Origin: Eledone cirrhosa
Lineage: Eukaryota
Reading direction: 5' to 3'
Length of the DNA: 64,000 nucleotides
Assembly: GCA_964016885.1 (NCBI GenBank)
Contig: OZ024754.1
Span: 11,904,001 to 11,968,000 of the forward strand
Shown one piece after another: positions 53,401-64,000 of this stretch (within the stretch, counting starts at the first letter, position 1; each line of letters opens with the position of its first letter). The notes below the pieces were generated by a model that saw nothing but the letters and a program-made list of their open reading frames with translations, ran no database searches and was not told where the DNA came from. The position numbers and the translations under genes were made by a program.

Positions 53401-53479
53401 CAGATGTCCTTGTTCCCTTCTTATTTCTAGCTTCCTCTGCCTGGGCGTTGAGCATAGATTGGAGAATATCTTCTCTTTG
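53401..53479 (-). CDS. Cytochrome P450, H-helix exon
   Basis: ttttgcag acceptor; QREDILQSMLNAQAEEARNKKGTRTS; phase 0 to 1. Confidence 0.9.
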
Positions 53480-53886
53480 CTGCAAAAATATATCTCTTTC
53501 AGTTCTCGGAGTAATAATAATAATAATACTAATAATACTAATTCATTCATTCATCATTTCATTTTATGTCCGCTTTTTCCTGCTTGCAGGGGTGGGACGG
53601 GAACTGATTCTGGCTTGATTTCTACAGCTGGATGCCCTTCCTAACACCAACCTCATTTACAGTGAGTGCTGGGTGCTTTTTTGCCGTGGCACCTCCACGA
53701 CCACTTTGCAGTGGAATGATATGGACCCCAGTCCCTATCATCTCATTTCTGCAGCTGAGTAAACTGGAGCAATGTGAAATAAAGTGTCTTGCTCAAGGAA
53801 ACAACACATCACCCAGTCTGAGAATTGAACTCACAACTTTTCGATTGCAAGGCCAATGCTCTAACCACTAAGCCATGTGCCTCCAC

Positions 53887-53966
<80 letters not shown>

Positions 53967-53973
<7 letters not shown>

Positions 53974-55230
53974 TGAAGGAATTGTTAAGAACTGAATACA
54001 TTCGGAGAGTAAGAGCGTATTGAAGTCACATCTGAACAGCAGAAATGCCATAAGCGCAGTAAATTCCCGAGCTGTGTCTATTATTAGGTACAGTGCGGGA
54101 ATTCTGAGATGGAATGTTGCTGAACAAAAAGAAATGGATAGGAAGACTAGGAAGCTATTGACTATCTACAACATGTTCCACAAGAGGAGTGATGTCGATA
54201 GACTCTACCTAAGGAGATCTGAGGGTGGAAGAGGTCTTATCAGCATAGAGGACTGTGTTCAGATGGAGAAAAACAACCTATACAAATACGTGACCTATAG
54301 TAAGGAGCCAATGCTCAGAACTGTACTGAAGGAGGGGACAGTAGGCCAGGGGATGTCCAAGGAGGAAATAACATCAAGGAGGAAGAGCAGCCTTAAGGGA
54401 AAATCCCTTCATAGTACTTTCTTTGAGAAAACTGAATTTAGAGATCCACAGACATGGAACTGGTTGAGAAGAGGAGACCTCAAAAAGGCTACAGAAGGAA
54501 TGCTAATGGCTGCGCAGGAGCAGGCCCTCAAAACGAAGTGGTTGAAGCACCATATCTACAAGGAGGAGGCTAGCCCACTGTGCAGGATCTGTGGAGAGAG
54601 AGAGGAGACTGTGGCTCACATTGTGTCCGAATGTAAACACCTAGCCCAGACCCACTATAAGGGCTGGAGACACGATGTGATGGGCAGGGTGATCCACTGG
54701 CACCTGTGCAAAGTAAACAATTTACCACATTCTGAGAAATGGTATGAGCATAGGCCAGAGGCGGTGATGGAGAACAATCAGGTGAAGGTGCTGTGGGATT
54801 TTAGGATACAGACGGACAAAAAACTGGAACACAATAGACCTGACCTGGTGGTTGTGGACAAAGAAAAAAGATCGTGTCTGATTGTGGATGTGGCCTGCCC
54901 GTTTGACACGAGAGTGCAAGAGAAGGAGAGGGAGAAAATTAACCGATACCAGGACCTAAAGTGGGAGGTGAAAAGGATTTGGAACTGCCATGAAGTCAAA
55001 GTGATCCCGATTGTCATAGGCGCACTGGGGACTATCTCCAAAAGTTTCCAGGGATGGTTAAAGAAAATCGGCCCCTTCACGCTTTTTGGAACGCTTCAAA
55101 AGGCATGCTTGCTTGGAACAGCAAGAACCCTCCGATACGTCCTGAATATCTGAGGCTGCAGGTAGTGGCTTGATATTCAATCCAACGGACTTTCCAGTTA
55201 ACCAACATCAATGACTGAGATTCAAGGAAT
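53967..55230 (+). mobile_element. R4/Dong-clade LINE, 5'-truncated, inserted in (TAA)n
   Basis: ORF 54020-55153: GGRGL, CRIC-x7-H-x4-C, RH, RPD..D..K restriction-like endonuclease; (AAT)n on both sides. Confidence 0.93.
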
Positions 55231-55264
55231 AACAACAATAATAATAATAATTATTATTATTATG

Positions 55265-55571
55265 AAAAGGAGAGGGAGAAAATTAACCGATACCAGGACT
55301 TAAAGTGGGAGGTAAAAAGGATTTGGAACTGCCATGAAGTCAGAGTCGTCCCGATTGCCATAGGCGCACTAGGTACTATCTCAAAGAGTTTCCAAGGATG
55401 GTTAAAGAAAATTGGCCCCGCCACGCTTTTTGGAACACTTCAAAAGGCATGCTTGCTGGGAACAGCAAGAACCCTCTGATACGTCCTGAATATCTGAGGC
55501 TGCAGGTAGTGGCTTGATATTCATTTCAACAAACTTTCCAGTTAAATAACCTCAATGACTGAGACTCAAAG
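55265..55571 (+). mobile_element. Second, shorter R4/Dong 3' end in tandem
   Basis: Diverged copy of 54922-55230; ends in (AAT)n. Confidence 0.88.
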
Positions 55572-55699
55572 AATAATAATAATAATAATAATTATGATTT
55601 CTTTATTGGCCACAAGGGCTGACATCAAGAAACACATTACAGACGGTACAGGACGGTACGATGTGGGTTTTGTGCGTGTAAATATTTTTATTATTTATA

Positions 55700-56700
55700 T
55701 AAGAAAAGAAAAAAAAGGACATAGAAACATATATATATATAAACAATAAAAATGAAAATTGAAACAATGAAAAATTCCCCAATAGTGGGGGAAACCTCCG
55801 AGGGTTACTCGTGGCGAAAACCACACAAAAGACCACGGCCACCCTGACCACCAGGGCAAGCGCCCTCTCTCAATTTTTCCATCTCTCAAACTACAGACGT
55901 ATATTCAGAGCGGTCCCGTTCACTCGGACCATTCTCGTTACATTCACCCACCTTTCAACAAACTTGTTAGAAGGCAGCACTTGCCTCTCCACCCTGATTT
56001 TCCTCTTCAAGTGAAACTTGAAAAAGTTAATTAGGGATTCGCCAAAGAGGAAAGTGTCTGTCTTTAACCCTTTTAACCTTGTCCACCACACAATCTCTTT
56101 CGCTATGGCCACCAGGCAGATAAAAACCACCTGCCATTCCTCCTCAAAGGAAGACGGCGAGACCATCTGCACAATGGACTCAGTCGACAACCGGATCAGT
56201 CCTACACGACATAGCTCCACAAGTCAGCAATGCTCGGACACTGAACGAGTGCGTGCACGACGGTTTCGTTGCTCTGCGCGCATCTCGGACAGGCTCGGCT
56301 GACGGCACTTCCGTGCCTGTAGAGCTTATCTCGAACCGGCAGCTCTCCCCGGTAGTACTGCCAGGCCAGGGATTTTTGGAAGTTATCCATAGGCCCCGGG
56401 CTGAAAGTTCTCTGGAAGAGAGCAAACAGCTGATCTTCTTCGACGCCCAGGATCTCTCCGAGAATGTCGTCGCTTTCCCCCTCCACTAGTCCTCTATAGA
56501 ACGCCGAGGTGGATGTTCCACCGATACTGGTGCCCAGCTGGCAGAGGGCAGTGAGCGCCTGGAGACATTCCAGTTTCTAAGCGCTATCCCTCAGTCTTTT
56601 TCTGACCCAGGACTGTAGCTCCGTCAAGGAGACGAGCTGTGGGAAAACGTGCCTGGCGAACGGCAACCACACCTGTTCACCATCAAGGAAGCACCAGAGA
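55700..56700 (-). mobile_element. L1/Tx1-like LINE 3' fragment (zf-RVT region)
   Basis: SLAWQYYRGELPVRDKL..ACPRCAQSNETVVHALVQCP; related piece at 35965-36180. Confidence 0.8.
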
Positions 56701-57308
56701 TGTAATAATAATGTAAATTATTGTGTACAGTGCTCAGGTGCACTACAACTCATCAAAGGTGTATGTATAGCACATAGAATAATGTACAAATGTCAGGAGG
56801 GAACAATGTATGAGTCATGATATACACACAGAATCATGCATGTGTATGGAGGGGGAATATCAGGTGTAGTTTTTGCGAATTTCAGAAAGCATGGAGCTTT
56901 CAAAGGATGCACTGTCCCGACAGATAACAACCGATATCTTTTTCAAAATTCTTATACGTTCTATAGACATAAAAGCATCGAGGTCAACTTATTATAATAT
57001 CATTTATAAGACATTTTTTTAGATAAAGACGGCAAATTGACAGAGTCGATAGGACATCGGATCGAATGCTTTGCGGTATTCGTTCCGCCTTACTAAGCTA
57101 TGCTGTGTTCAAATCTCGCTGAGATTAAATTTGCCTTTCATCCTTACGGGGTCGATAAAATAAAACATCAGTAACGTACTGGGGTAATTGCTGGCCTTGT
57201 TCCAAAAGTAGAAACAATTATTAATCTAATGTACTAACGACTCAGTTAATTCGCAGCCTTGTAAGTTTGGAAGTATTTGACAAAGTTGTAATTTTTTCCA
57301 AATCTTAC

Positions 57309-57433
57309 GATATTTCCTTCTCTGCGTTCTTTCACAATAAGTTTAGTAAAAGCAGCAATTCTTTTCATTGTGGAATTGTAGTTGTTTGGAATCCGTAAAG
57401 TTTTCAGCAATCTCCAAAATGGACGATAAAGCA
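57309..57433 (-). CDS. Cytochrome P450, F/G-region exon
   Basis: cattacag acceptor, gtaag donor; LYRPFWRLLKTLRIPNNYNSTMKRIAAFTKLIVKERREGNI; phase 1 to 0. Confidence 0.9.
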
Positions 57434-58080
57434 CTGTAATGAAATGCGAGATAATAACCTATAAAATGGAAAAACCGTTGATGAAATAACACTGGGCATA
57501 ATACAGATATTTTATCAGGTCATTTAGTGTTCTGATGTTAGTTCTTATAATAAGCAGGCATATCTATTAGGTGATATATAAACATAGATACATATGTACG
57601 TACACAAATATATGTATGTATGTATGGGGTGGAAGAACTCATAAGAGTCAACGACCATCCAAAAGTGTGTAAATATGTATATACAGATGTACATGTGTAT
57701 GTATATGCGCGGGGACATAGAAATAGTCGGGCTGGACACCCGATCACACAGTTAAACCACTGGGAGTGAAGAACCCCTAGCCTTTGTAAGGGCATTCTTC
57801 TAGGAGAAGGCAACTCAGGAAAGTGGGATAACTCCGATATAAAACCTGCGGCTCAGTAGTTACCGTTGATGTTGATCTTTTCGGGTTATAGCTACTGTCG
57901 CTCAGAGAGTGGGATTGGCTCAGTGCACAGTCTTTCCTCACTTTAAAAAATATCTTCACACACAGGCATTGCACGATAGAATTAATTAATAATTATTAAT
58001 AATAGTGTATCATGCAATGGCCATACTCGATAACGAAGGGGCAGTCATCATCATGATGTATGTATGTGTATATGTATGTA

Positions 58081-58151
<71 letters not shown>

Positions 58152-58250
58152 ATATATATATATGTAAAAGGTAAACAGAAATAACAACGCAATCGGTACA
58201 GTATATAGAAGAAATATATTAGGTTAAGGCGTAAAATAGCAGGAAGAGGG

Positions 58251-58286
58251 TCTTAACGTTTCTGACGCTAGTCCTTCATCAGAAGA
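58251..58286 (-). ncRNA. Minimal type-I hammerhead motif (paralog of 48892)
   Basis: tctt-CTGATGA-AGGACTAGCGTCA-GAAA-CG-TT-aaga; palindromic AACGTT. Confidence 0.65.
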
Positions 58287-58318
58287 AAGAATGAGAAATA
58301 AAATAGATTGAGGGGACG

Positions 58319-58425
<107 letters not shown>

Positions 58426-58743
58426 TGTGTGTCTATCTGTCTGTCTGTCTATGTGTTATAAAGTGTCAGGACCCAATGGTTGAGCTCTTGCCATTTCAAC
58501 AGCTAGGTACAGTCTGAAGAGAATTTACAATTGGATAAATAATGTATGCCCTTCTTTGATGAGATGGTCAGTTACCACCAAGCCCTTCGGCAATCAAGCT
58601 GGAACTAGCTGTTGAAACGACAAGAGCTTGGCCATCGGGTCCTGACTCTTTATAATATAACCATACTCTACTGCCCCAAGTATCGAGTACTCTGTTGAGT
58701 AATGGTCCTACCAGCTTCAAACTGAATCCATCCATATAAATAA

Positions 58744-58794
<51 letters not shown>

Positions 58795-58876
58795 AAAGTT
58801 TTATTTAAAATTGTTGGGTTACAACAAGTAAATATTTTATAACTGATATAAAGCACTCAACAAGTTTTTGGAGTAG

Positions 58877-59140
58877 ATATACGATATTAAACAAATGGAA
58901 ACTATATTTATAAAACCATATTTATTTCATTATATATATTTCAGGGATACCATATTAAAAATATGGCATGCCTTCGTCAGATAAAATACAATATATGGTA
59001 CATCAAAATTATTTATAAAACTGTTTATATATTGTATTTTATCTGACGAAGGCATGCCATATTTTTAATATGGTATCCCTGAAATATGTATAATGAAATA
59101 AATATGGTTTTATAAATATAGTTTCCATTTGTTTAATATC

Positions 59141-59145
<5 letters not shown>
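58877..59145. repeat. Fold-back element with hammerheads in both arms (+ copy at 59035-59097)
   Basis: CTGACGA-aggcatgccatatt..aatatggtatccct-GAAA-TATG-TA; upstream 58800-58876 homologous to 33525-33600. Confidence 0.85.
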
Positions 59146-59196
<51 letters not shown>

Positions 59197-59309
59197 AGTA
59201 TATGTTGGTTGTATACCAACACCTCAGTATGCAGATTAGAGCACTCGACGAAGTGAGCAGGTTGGTTTGGTTACTCCGGAGTAATGTAAAATAAAATAAA
59301 ATAAATAAG

Positions 59310-59690
59310 TCAAATGTTTAAAATTTGGCTTCGTTTATTACTGCTATATATATTTTGGTGACACCCATCTTTGGCTGTGACCTCTTCAGGCTGTCCAAAT
59401 TAGTGTGGTAGAGACGAGTACACATGTTGTTGAGGTGTTTAACTTCGTCAATACTCTGATATGCCCAGTTCCTGGTTGGGTTGTTGTTTCACTGAGGAAC
59501 TGGAATCATGAAACAACAACCCAACCAGGAACTGGGCATATAAGAGTATTGACAGAGTTAAACAACTCAACAACATGTGTACTCATCTCTACCACACTAA
59601 TTCGGACTGCCTGAAGAGGTCACAGCCAAAGATGGGTGTCACCGAAATATATATAGCAGTAATAAACGAAGCCAAATTTTAAACATTTGA
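59310..59690. repeat. Fold-back element, about 180-bp arms, hammerhead-bearing
   Basis: Arms are reverse complements with scattered mismatches. Confidence 0.92.
59606..59660 (+). ncRNA. Type-I hammerhead ribozyme motif
   Basis: ACTGC-CTGAAGA-ggtcaca gcca aaga tggg tgtcacc-GAAA-TATATA-TA-GCAGT; the left-arm copy has GAAA mutated to AAAA. Confidence 0.82.
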
Positions 59691-59938
59691 ATAAGAAACT
59701 TTATTTCGCATTGCTCCAGTTTACTCAGCTGTAGAAATGAGATGATAGGGACTGGGGTCCCTATCATTCCACTGCAAAGTGGTCGTGGAGGTGCCACGGC
59801 AAAAAAGCACCCAGCACTCACTGTAAATGAGGTTGGTGTTAAGAAGGGCATCCAGCTGTAGAAATCAAGCCAGCATCAGTTCCCGTCCCACCCTTGCAAG
59901 CAGTGAAAAAGCGGGCGTAAAATGAAATGAATGAAATG

Positions 59939-60196
59939 ATAAGGAAAAAAGATGAAATCGAAAATGCAACTGGAGTCTCTTTTAAAAAAAAAATATTTAT
60001 TTGGTTCCTTTACCGGTTTCGCAGTTCTTGTGCTTTTCAAAAGTAGAGTTGAGATGGAGGGTCTGTGGTTTTTCTCGCATGAAAAACCACAATCCCTCCA
60101 TCTCAATTCTACTGCGAAACCGGTAAAGGAACTAAATAAATATATTTAAAAAAAAAAGACTCCAGTTACATTTTCGATTTCATCTTTTTTCCTTAT
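59939..60196. repeat. Fold-back element; right arm lacks the hammerhead core
   Basis: Inverted arms with a 19-nt deletion in the right arm. Confidence 0.88.
60008..60043 (-). ncRNA. Hammerhead motif with U3-A8 covariant core
   Basis: ctt-TTGAAAA-GCA caagaac TGC-GAAA-CCGG-TA-aag. Confidence 0.6.
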
Positions 60197-61005
60197 ACTC
60201 TCACTCATATAGGACACCTCATTTTTTTAATATATATAAATGTATAGGAAAAACAAACGACTAGGTATGAGGTATAGGTTAGAAGAGAAAAATTTAAACA
60301 AACTCCATTCTTTAACACATGTTTCTATACAGTATTAGTCTACGAGTGCTGGTTGCATATTGGTTCACTTTGCCTTTCATCCTTACGGGGGTCGATAAAA
60401 TAAAGTACCAGTAATGTACTGGGTATTTGCTGGCCTTGTGCCAAAAGTAGAAACAATTATTATTGAAAGTGAAGCCACGCTTCTTATCGCCTCCATTTTT
60501 TTGTGTTTTCTTTTAACAGTTTACCTCGTTTTCAACCGTTCTAAACCTTTTATTCAAGTTTTAAACTTGATAAAAGTTTAGAAGAAGTGACCCACCTAAT
60601 ACAAGGGTTCACTCGTAAATAATACGGCACCCCTTTACGGGGTGTCGTATTGTGTAAAAATATTATTTGAAAAAAAGATTTCTTTCAACATGGATAACAC
60701 AAGAAAGGGAGAGAGCGCTGTCAGACAACACAGAGAGAGGGAGACTTTGTCAACATATCAACAAGACAGCGTTCTAGCGAAGGTAAATATAAAAGAAAAT
60801 ATTACGAAAGAAAAGAGGAACAATATCATTTTTGGCATTCATGACTTTTAGCGGTCTGAAAAATGAAAGTAAATTTATTTTCATTTTCAACGTCATGAAA
60901 ATGAAACTACATTTATTGTCATTAATTATTTTCATTTTCGATTGTAAATGTTGTTGATACTGTCCGTTCTGTTATGGCTTGATTCAAGCCATAACAGAAC
61001 GGACT

Positions 61006-61635
61006 GGGGTCATAAAAAGGGCAGAGAATGAGAACGGATTGGGGTCAGAAGGGCAGAGAATAGTCTGTTTTTAAAACAAAGCACCACAGGGCTACAGTGG
61101 TTGGCGAGACGGCGTTTGTTGGCAAACAGTGTCAATTGTCTGTTTGTAATGAGGCGTGCCGATTGCACCGATATTCTGCGGGTGTCGATAAATGCAGATG
61201 GCGATGCAACCGCGGCAAATTCAGTCAATCGGTGCGACGGAATTTTTTTTTCGATCGAAGCCATGTGCGACTGGATCACATTATTGGTGAATTGGCAGTA
61301 TCGGTAGAGGGTCGGACGCCATGCTTTCCAGCATAGTTACGTCCCTTTACGATCTGAGTTCAAATCCCGCCGAGGTTGACTTTGCCTTTCATCCTTACGG
61401 GGTCGATAAAATAAAGTACCAGTAATGCACTGAGTAATTGCTGGCCTTGTGCCTAAAGTAGAAACAATTATTGTTATTATATACATGTGGTGCTATGATC
61501 AGGCACAAGTTCAGATCATTAGAGAAACGGGACTCTCCGCACGGACAGTTATAGACTGGTGCTATTTCATTAGGGAAGTTTGTGAGCAGTATTTGGAGGC
61601 AAATCCTCAACAACTTAGAGGCTTCGATGACAATT
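61006..61635 (+). mobile_element. Merlin/ISXO2-like transposase N-terminal fragment interrupted by a SINE
   Basis: RRLLANSVNC..CNEAC..CRWRC..SVRRNFFFDRSH / MWC..TGLSARTVIDWCYFIREVC; SINE about 61287-61472 with ATTATTG TSD. Confidence 0.75.
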
Positions 61636-61712
61636 TTATATATATTTTATATATATTTCGTTTCTGAATTTGTTTAGCAAGATTCTTTATCTGAAAACGT
61701 GTGTTGAAACCG

Positions 61713-61900
61713 ATATTGTTATACTTTGGGAGGGTCATGTTGCCAATAAGAAACACACGCACCAGTTGCTTTCACTTCAATTTATTATAATAAATTTATA
61801 AATTTAGGAATTTATAAATTTATGATAATAAATTGAAGTGAAAGCAACTGGTGCGTGTGTTTCTTATTGGCAACATGACCCTCCCAAAGTATAACAATAT
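61713..61900. repeat. Near-perfect 188-bp palindrome next to (TA)n
   Basis: ATATTGTTATACTTTGGGAGGGTCATG ... CATGACCCTCCCAAAGTATAACAATAT. Confidence 0.93.
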
Positions 61901-62120
61901 ATATATATAAACATATACTATGGACATCTACACAGTTTCCGCCAACTAAATTTCATTCCCAAAGCATTAGTCTACTCGGGTTTACAGTAGAAGACAATTG
62001 CACCAGGTTCTTCGTAGTGGGACTGAACCTGAAACCACTTAGATATCAAACGAACTCCTTTACCACACATCCATGCCTGTACCTATGATATTTAGTGAAT
62101 ATATAAGTATTGTCTCTTAC

Positions 62121-62269
62121 CTAATATGGATCCGAAAGTTCCTTGAAAGTTTGTTTGAAAAAACTCGCTGAAGCTCTTTACTAAAAAGTGATCAGGGTTC
62201 TTTTGTGAATTCACTTCCACACCAAAAGCTGTTGTCAAAATGACGTCCAGTGTATACCAAGAGTAAACT
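62121..62269 (-). CDS. Cytochrome P450, E-helix exon
   Basis: VYSWYTLDVILTTAFGVEVNSQKNPDHFLVKSFSEFFQTNFQGTFGSIL; phase 2 to 1. Confidence 0.95.
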
Positions 62270-62818
62270 CTGATGGTTAGAAAAGTTATATACTCAGTAT
62301 TTCTTTTGGTTCACTGCGCTCTGAGTTCAAATCCCATAGAAGGCAATTTTTACTTTTCATCCTTTCGGGGTCATCATAACGCTCACCGTCGAGACCTCAG
62401 GCATACTTGGACCCCGTACTGTTGAGCTCCCCCGCAAGATCGGAACGTCGGCTGCCCGTCTGAGGAAGGAGCCCCGCGAGGTGGGGTGGCTGTTGTTGTA
62501 GGTGTCGCTGCCATTGTCCGCGGGAATGCTTTTGCGGTCTGTTCCGCGCGGCGCAACCCATTGTGAGCTGAGTGGACTGAAGCAACGAGTGATGAAGTGT
62601 TTTGACCAAGAAGACAATGCACCACCCAGTCGAGGTATGGAACTCATGGTCTTACGATCATAAACCCAACACCCTAACAACTAGAGAACTCACCTTTATT
62701 AAGATGTGTTATAGAAATATTAAATTCACATCAGTACTTTATTGGCATTCTACTATTTACCTCGATAGGATTTGAACTCAGAACGTAAAATGATGCAATT
62801 AATATAAACACAACTTAC

Positions 62819-62907
62819 GTTTTCATATCTACGTCTTTATCAGATCTAGCAATAGATGCAAAGTTGTCATCTAAGTGATCCACAACTTTATCTATGAGAA
62901 GTGACAT
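62819..62907 (-). CDS. Cytochrome P450, D-helix exon (upstream exons lie outside the window)
   Basis: tttaacag acceptor, gtaagt donor; MSLLIDKVVDHLDDNFASIARSDKDVDMK; phase 0 to 2. Confidence 0.92.
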
Positions 62908-63645
62908 CTGTTAAACATAAAGACATATTACTTTACATAAACGCAATATATTTTTTCGGATGTTTATAAAATTAGAAATTTCGTAGAAATCATGATTCAT
63001 ATGGAAAATTTCACTTAAGATAATCTGGGTTAAATGTTACTACGAAGGAAATGTAAAATAAATAATGCGATGTTTGGAATGACCGAAGTATCCACTCCAC
63101 ACTCACTCACTCACGCCCACACTCACTCACTCACTTACTTTAAACTTCACTTATTTCTTGATGTCAAAATATTTTATTGCGTTGTTTGCGACCTGGTCAT
63201 TTACTCGATTTTCCCATTAATTCAATTTTATGCAAATCGCTATCATTTGTTTCTGTAAAGGCGGTGGATTGGCAGCATCGGACATCATTCGTTGTAGCAC
63301 ATAGTTACGGTCCTTTATGTTTTGAGTTTAAATCCTGCCGAGGTTAGCTTACAGGGCCGATAAAGAAGTCGATAAAAAAAAACGTACCAGTAACGATATA
63401 GGGTCGATTCAATCGCCTTTCCCCTTTCCCTGAAATTGCTGGCTTGGTGCCAAAAGTAGAAACAATTATTTGTTTCCGTAGAAGCTGAATGGTCGAATGG
63501 TTAATAAATTCACTCCAAAATCATAAGGTCTCGGATTCAATCTCACTGCGTGGTATCAGGGCATATTTCTTCCAGGTGTTGCGATCGGCAGATAATATCA
63601 GCAATGGAAAGACCAATGGAAACATTGATTCCTTGGTTCAATCTG

Positions 63646-63730
<85 letters not shown>

Positions 63731-64000
63731 ATATATAGTATATTTGATATATACGGTATGTTTAATTAAAAACATTTTGAAGACCATTCGTTATTCTCGG
63801 CAAAAACAAAGGGGAGCAATCGACAGTCCTGTTTTTTGCTCGTTAGCGATTATCAAGGCTACTCACCCCTTCGCTTCTGCCGAGAGTTATAGGAGACGGA
63901 TTCTTATAGAATTCCAGTAGTATTTAAGAGCTGACTAAACACAGCGGTTGCCGGTCCAGCAAAAATTAGGTATTAGTATTTGTGCTCTGAAATAGCGATG

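Noticed and set aside
61292-61375. tRNA gene
   Set aside because: A/B boxes belong to a multi-copy SINE head; no full cloverleaf
61686-61718. Hammerhead-like CTGAAAA...GAAACCGATA
   Set aside because: C3-A8 mismatch, poor stems II and III
63560-63645. Possible upstream CYP exon (SADRNTWKK)
   Set aside because: Overlaps a SINE remnant, lacks the R..SPxF motif and has no splice donor

Overview
Repeat-rich, AT-rich eukaryotic genomic DNA, most likely from a coleoid cephalopod (inferred from the RTE LINE, tRNA-SINE and (TA)n/(CAT)n landscape). Two convergent, multi-exon genes can be spliced by hand with consistent phases. The + strand gene encodes a type-I membrane protein with three WSC-like domains (exons 3922 to 41118; 5' end upstream of the window). 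The - strand gene is a clan-3 (CYP3A-like) cytochrome P450 (exons 62907 to 43626; 5' end beyond the window). The introns hold RTE LINEs (one with an uninterrupted 655-aa RT ORF containing a PHD-type finger), R4/Dong and L1/Tx1 LINE pieces, a Helitron end, a maT/Tc1-mariner element, a Merlin fragment, MITEs and many SINEs. The most striking signal is non-coding: about 20 minimal type-I hammerhead ribozyme motifs from roughly ten unrelated small-element families. They occur as head-to-tail tandem units (466 bp and 310 bp, retrozyme-like) or as fold-back inverted repeats (0.2-5.6 kb), mostly embedded in (TA)n. This matches non-autonomous Penelope-like/retrozyme elements and includes variant cores such as a U3-A8 covariant. 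Most short ORFs in the track are microsatellite artefacts.
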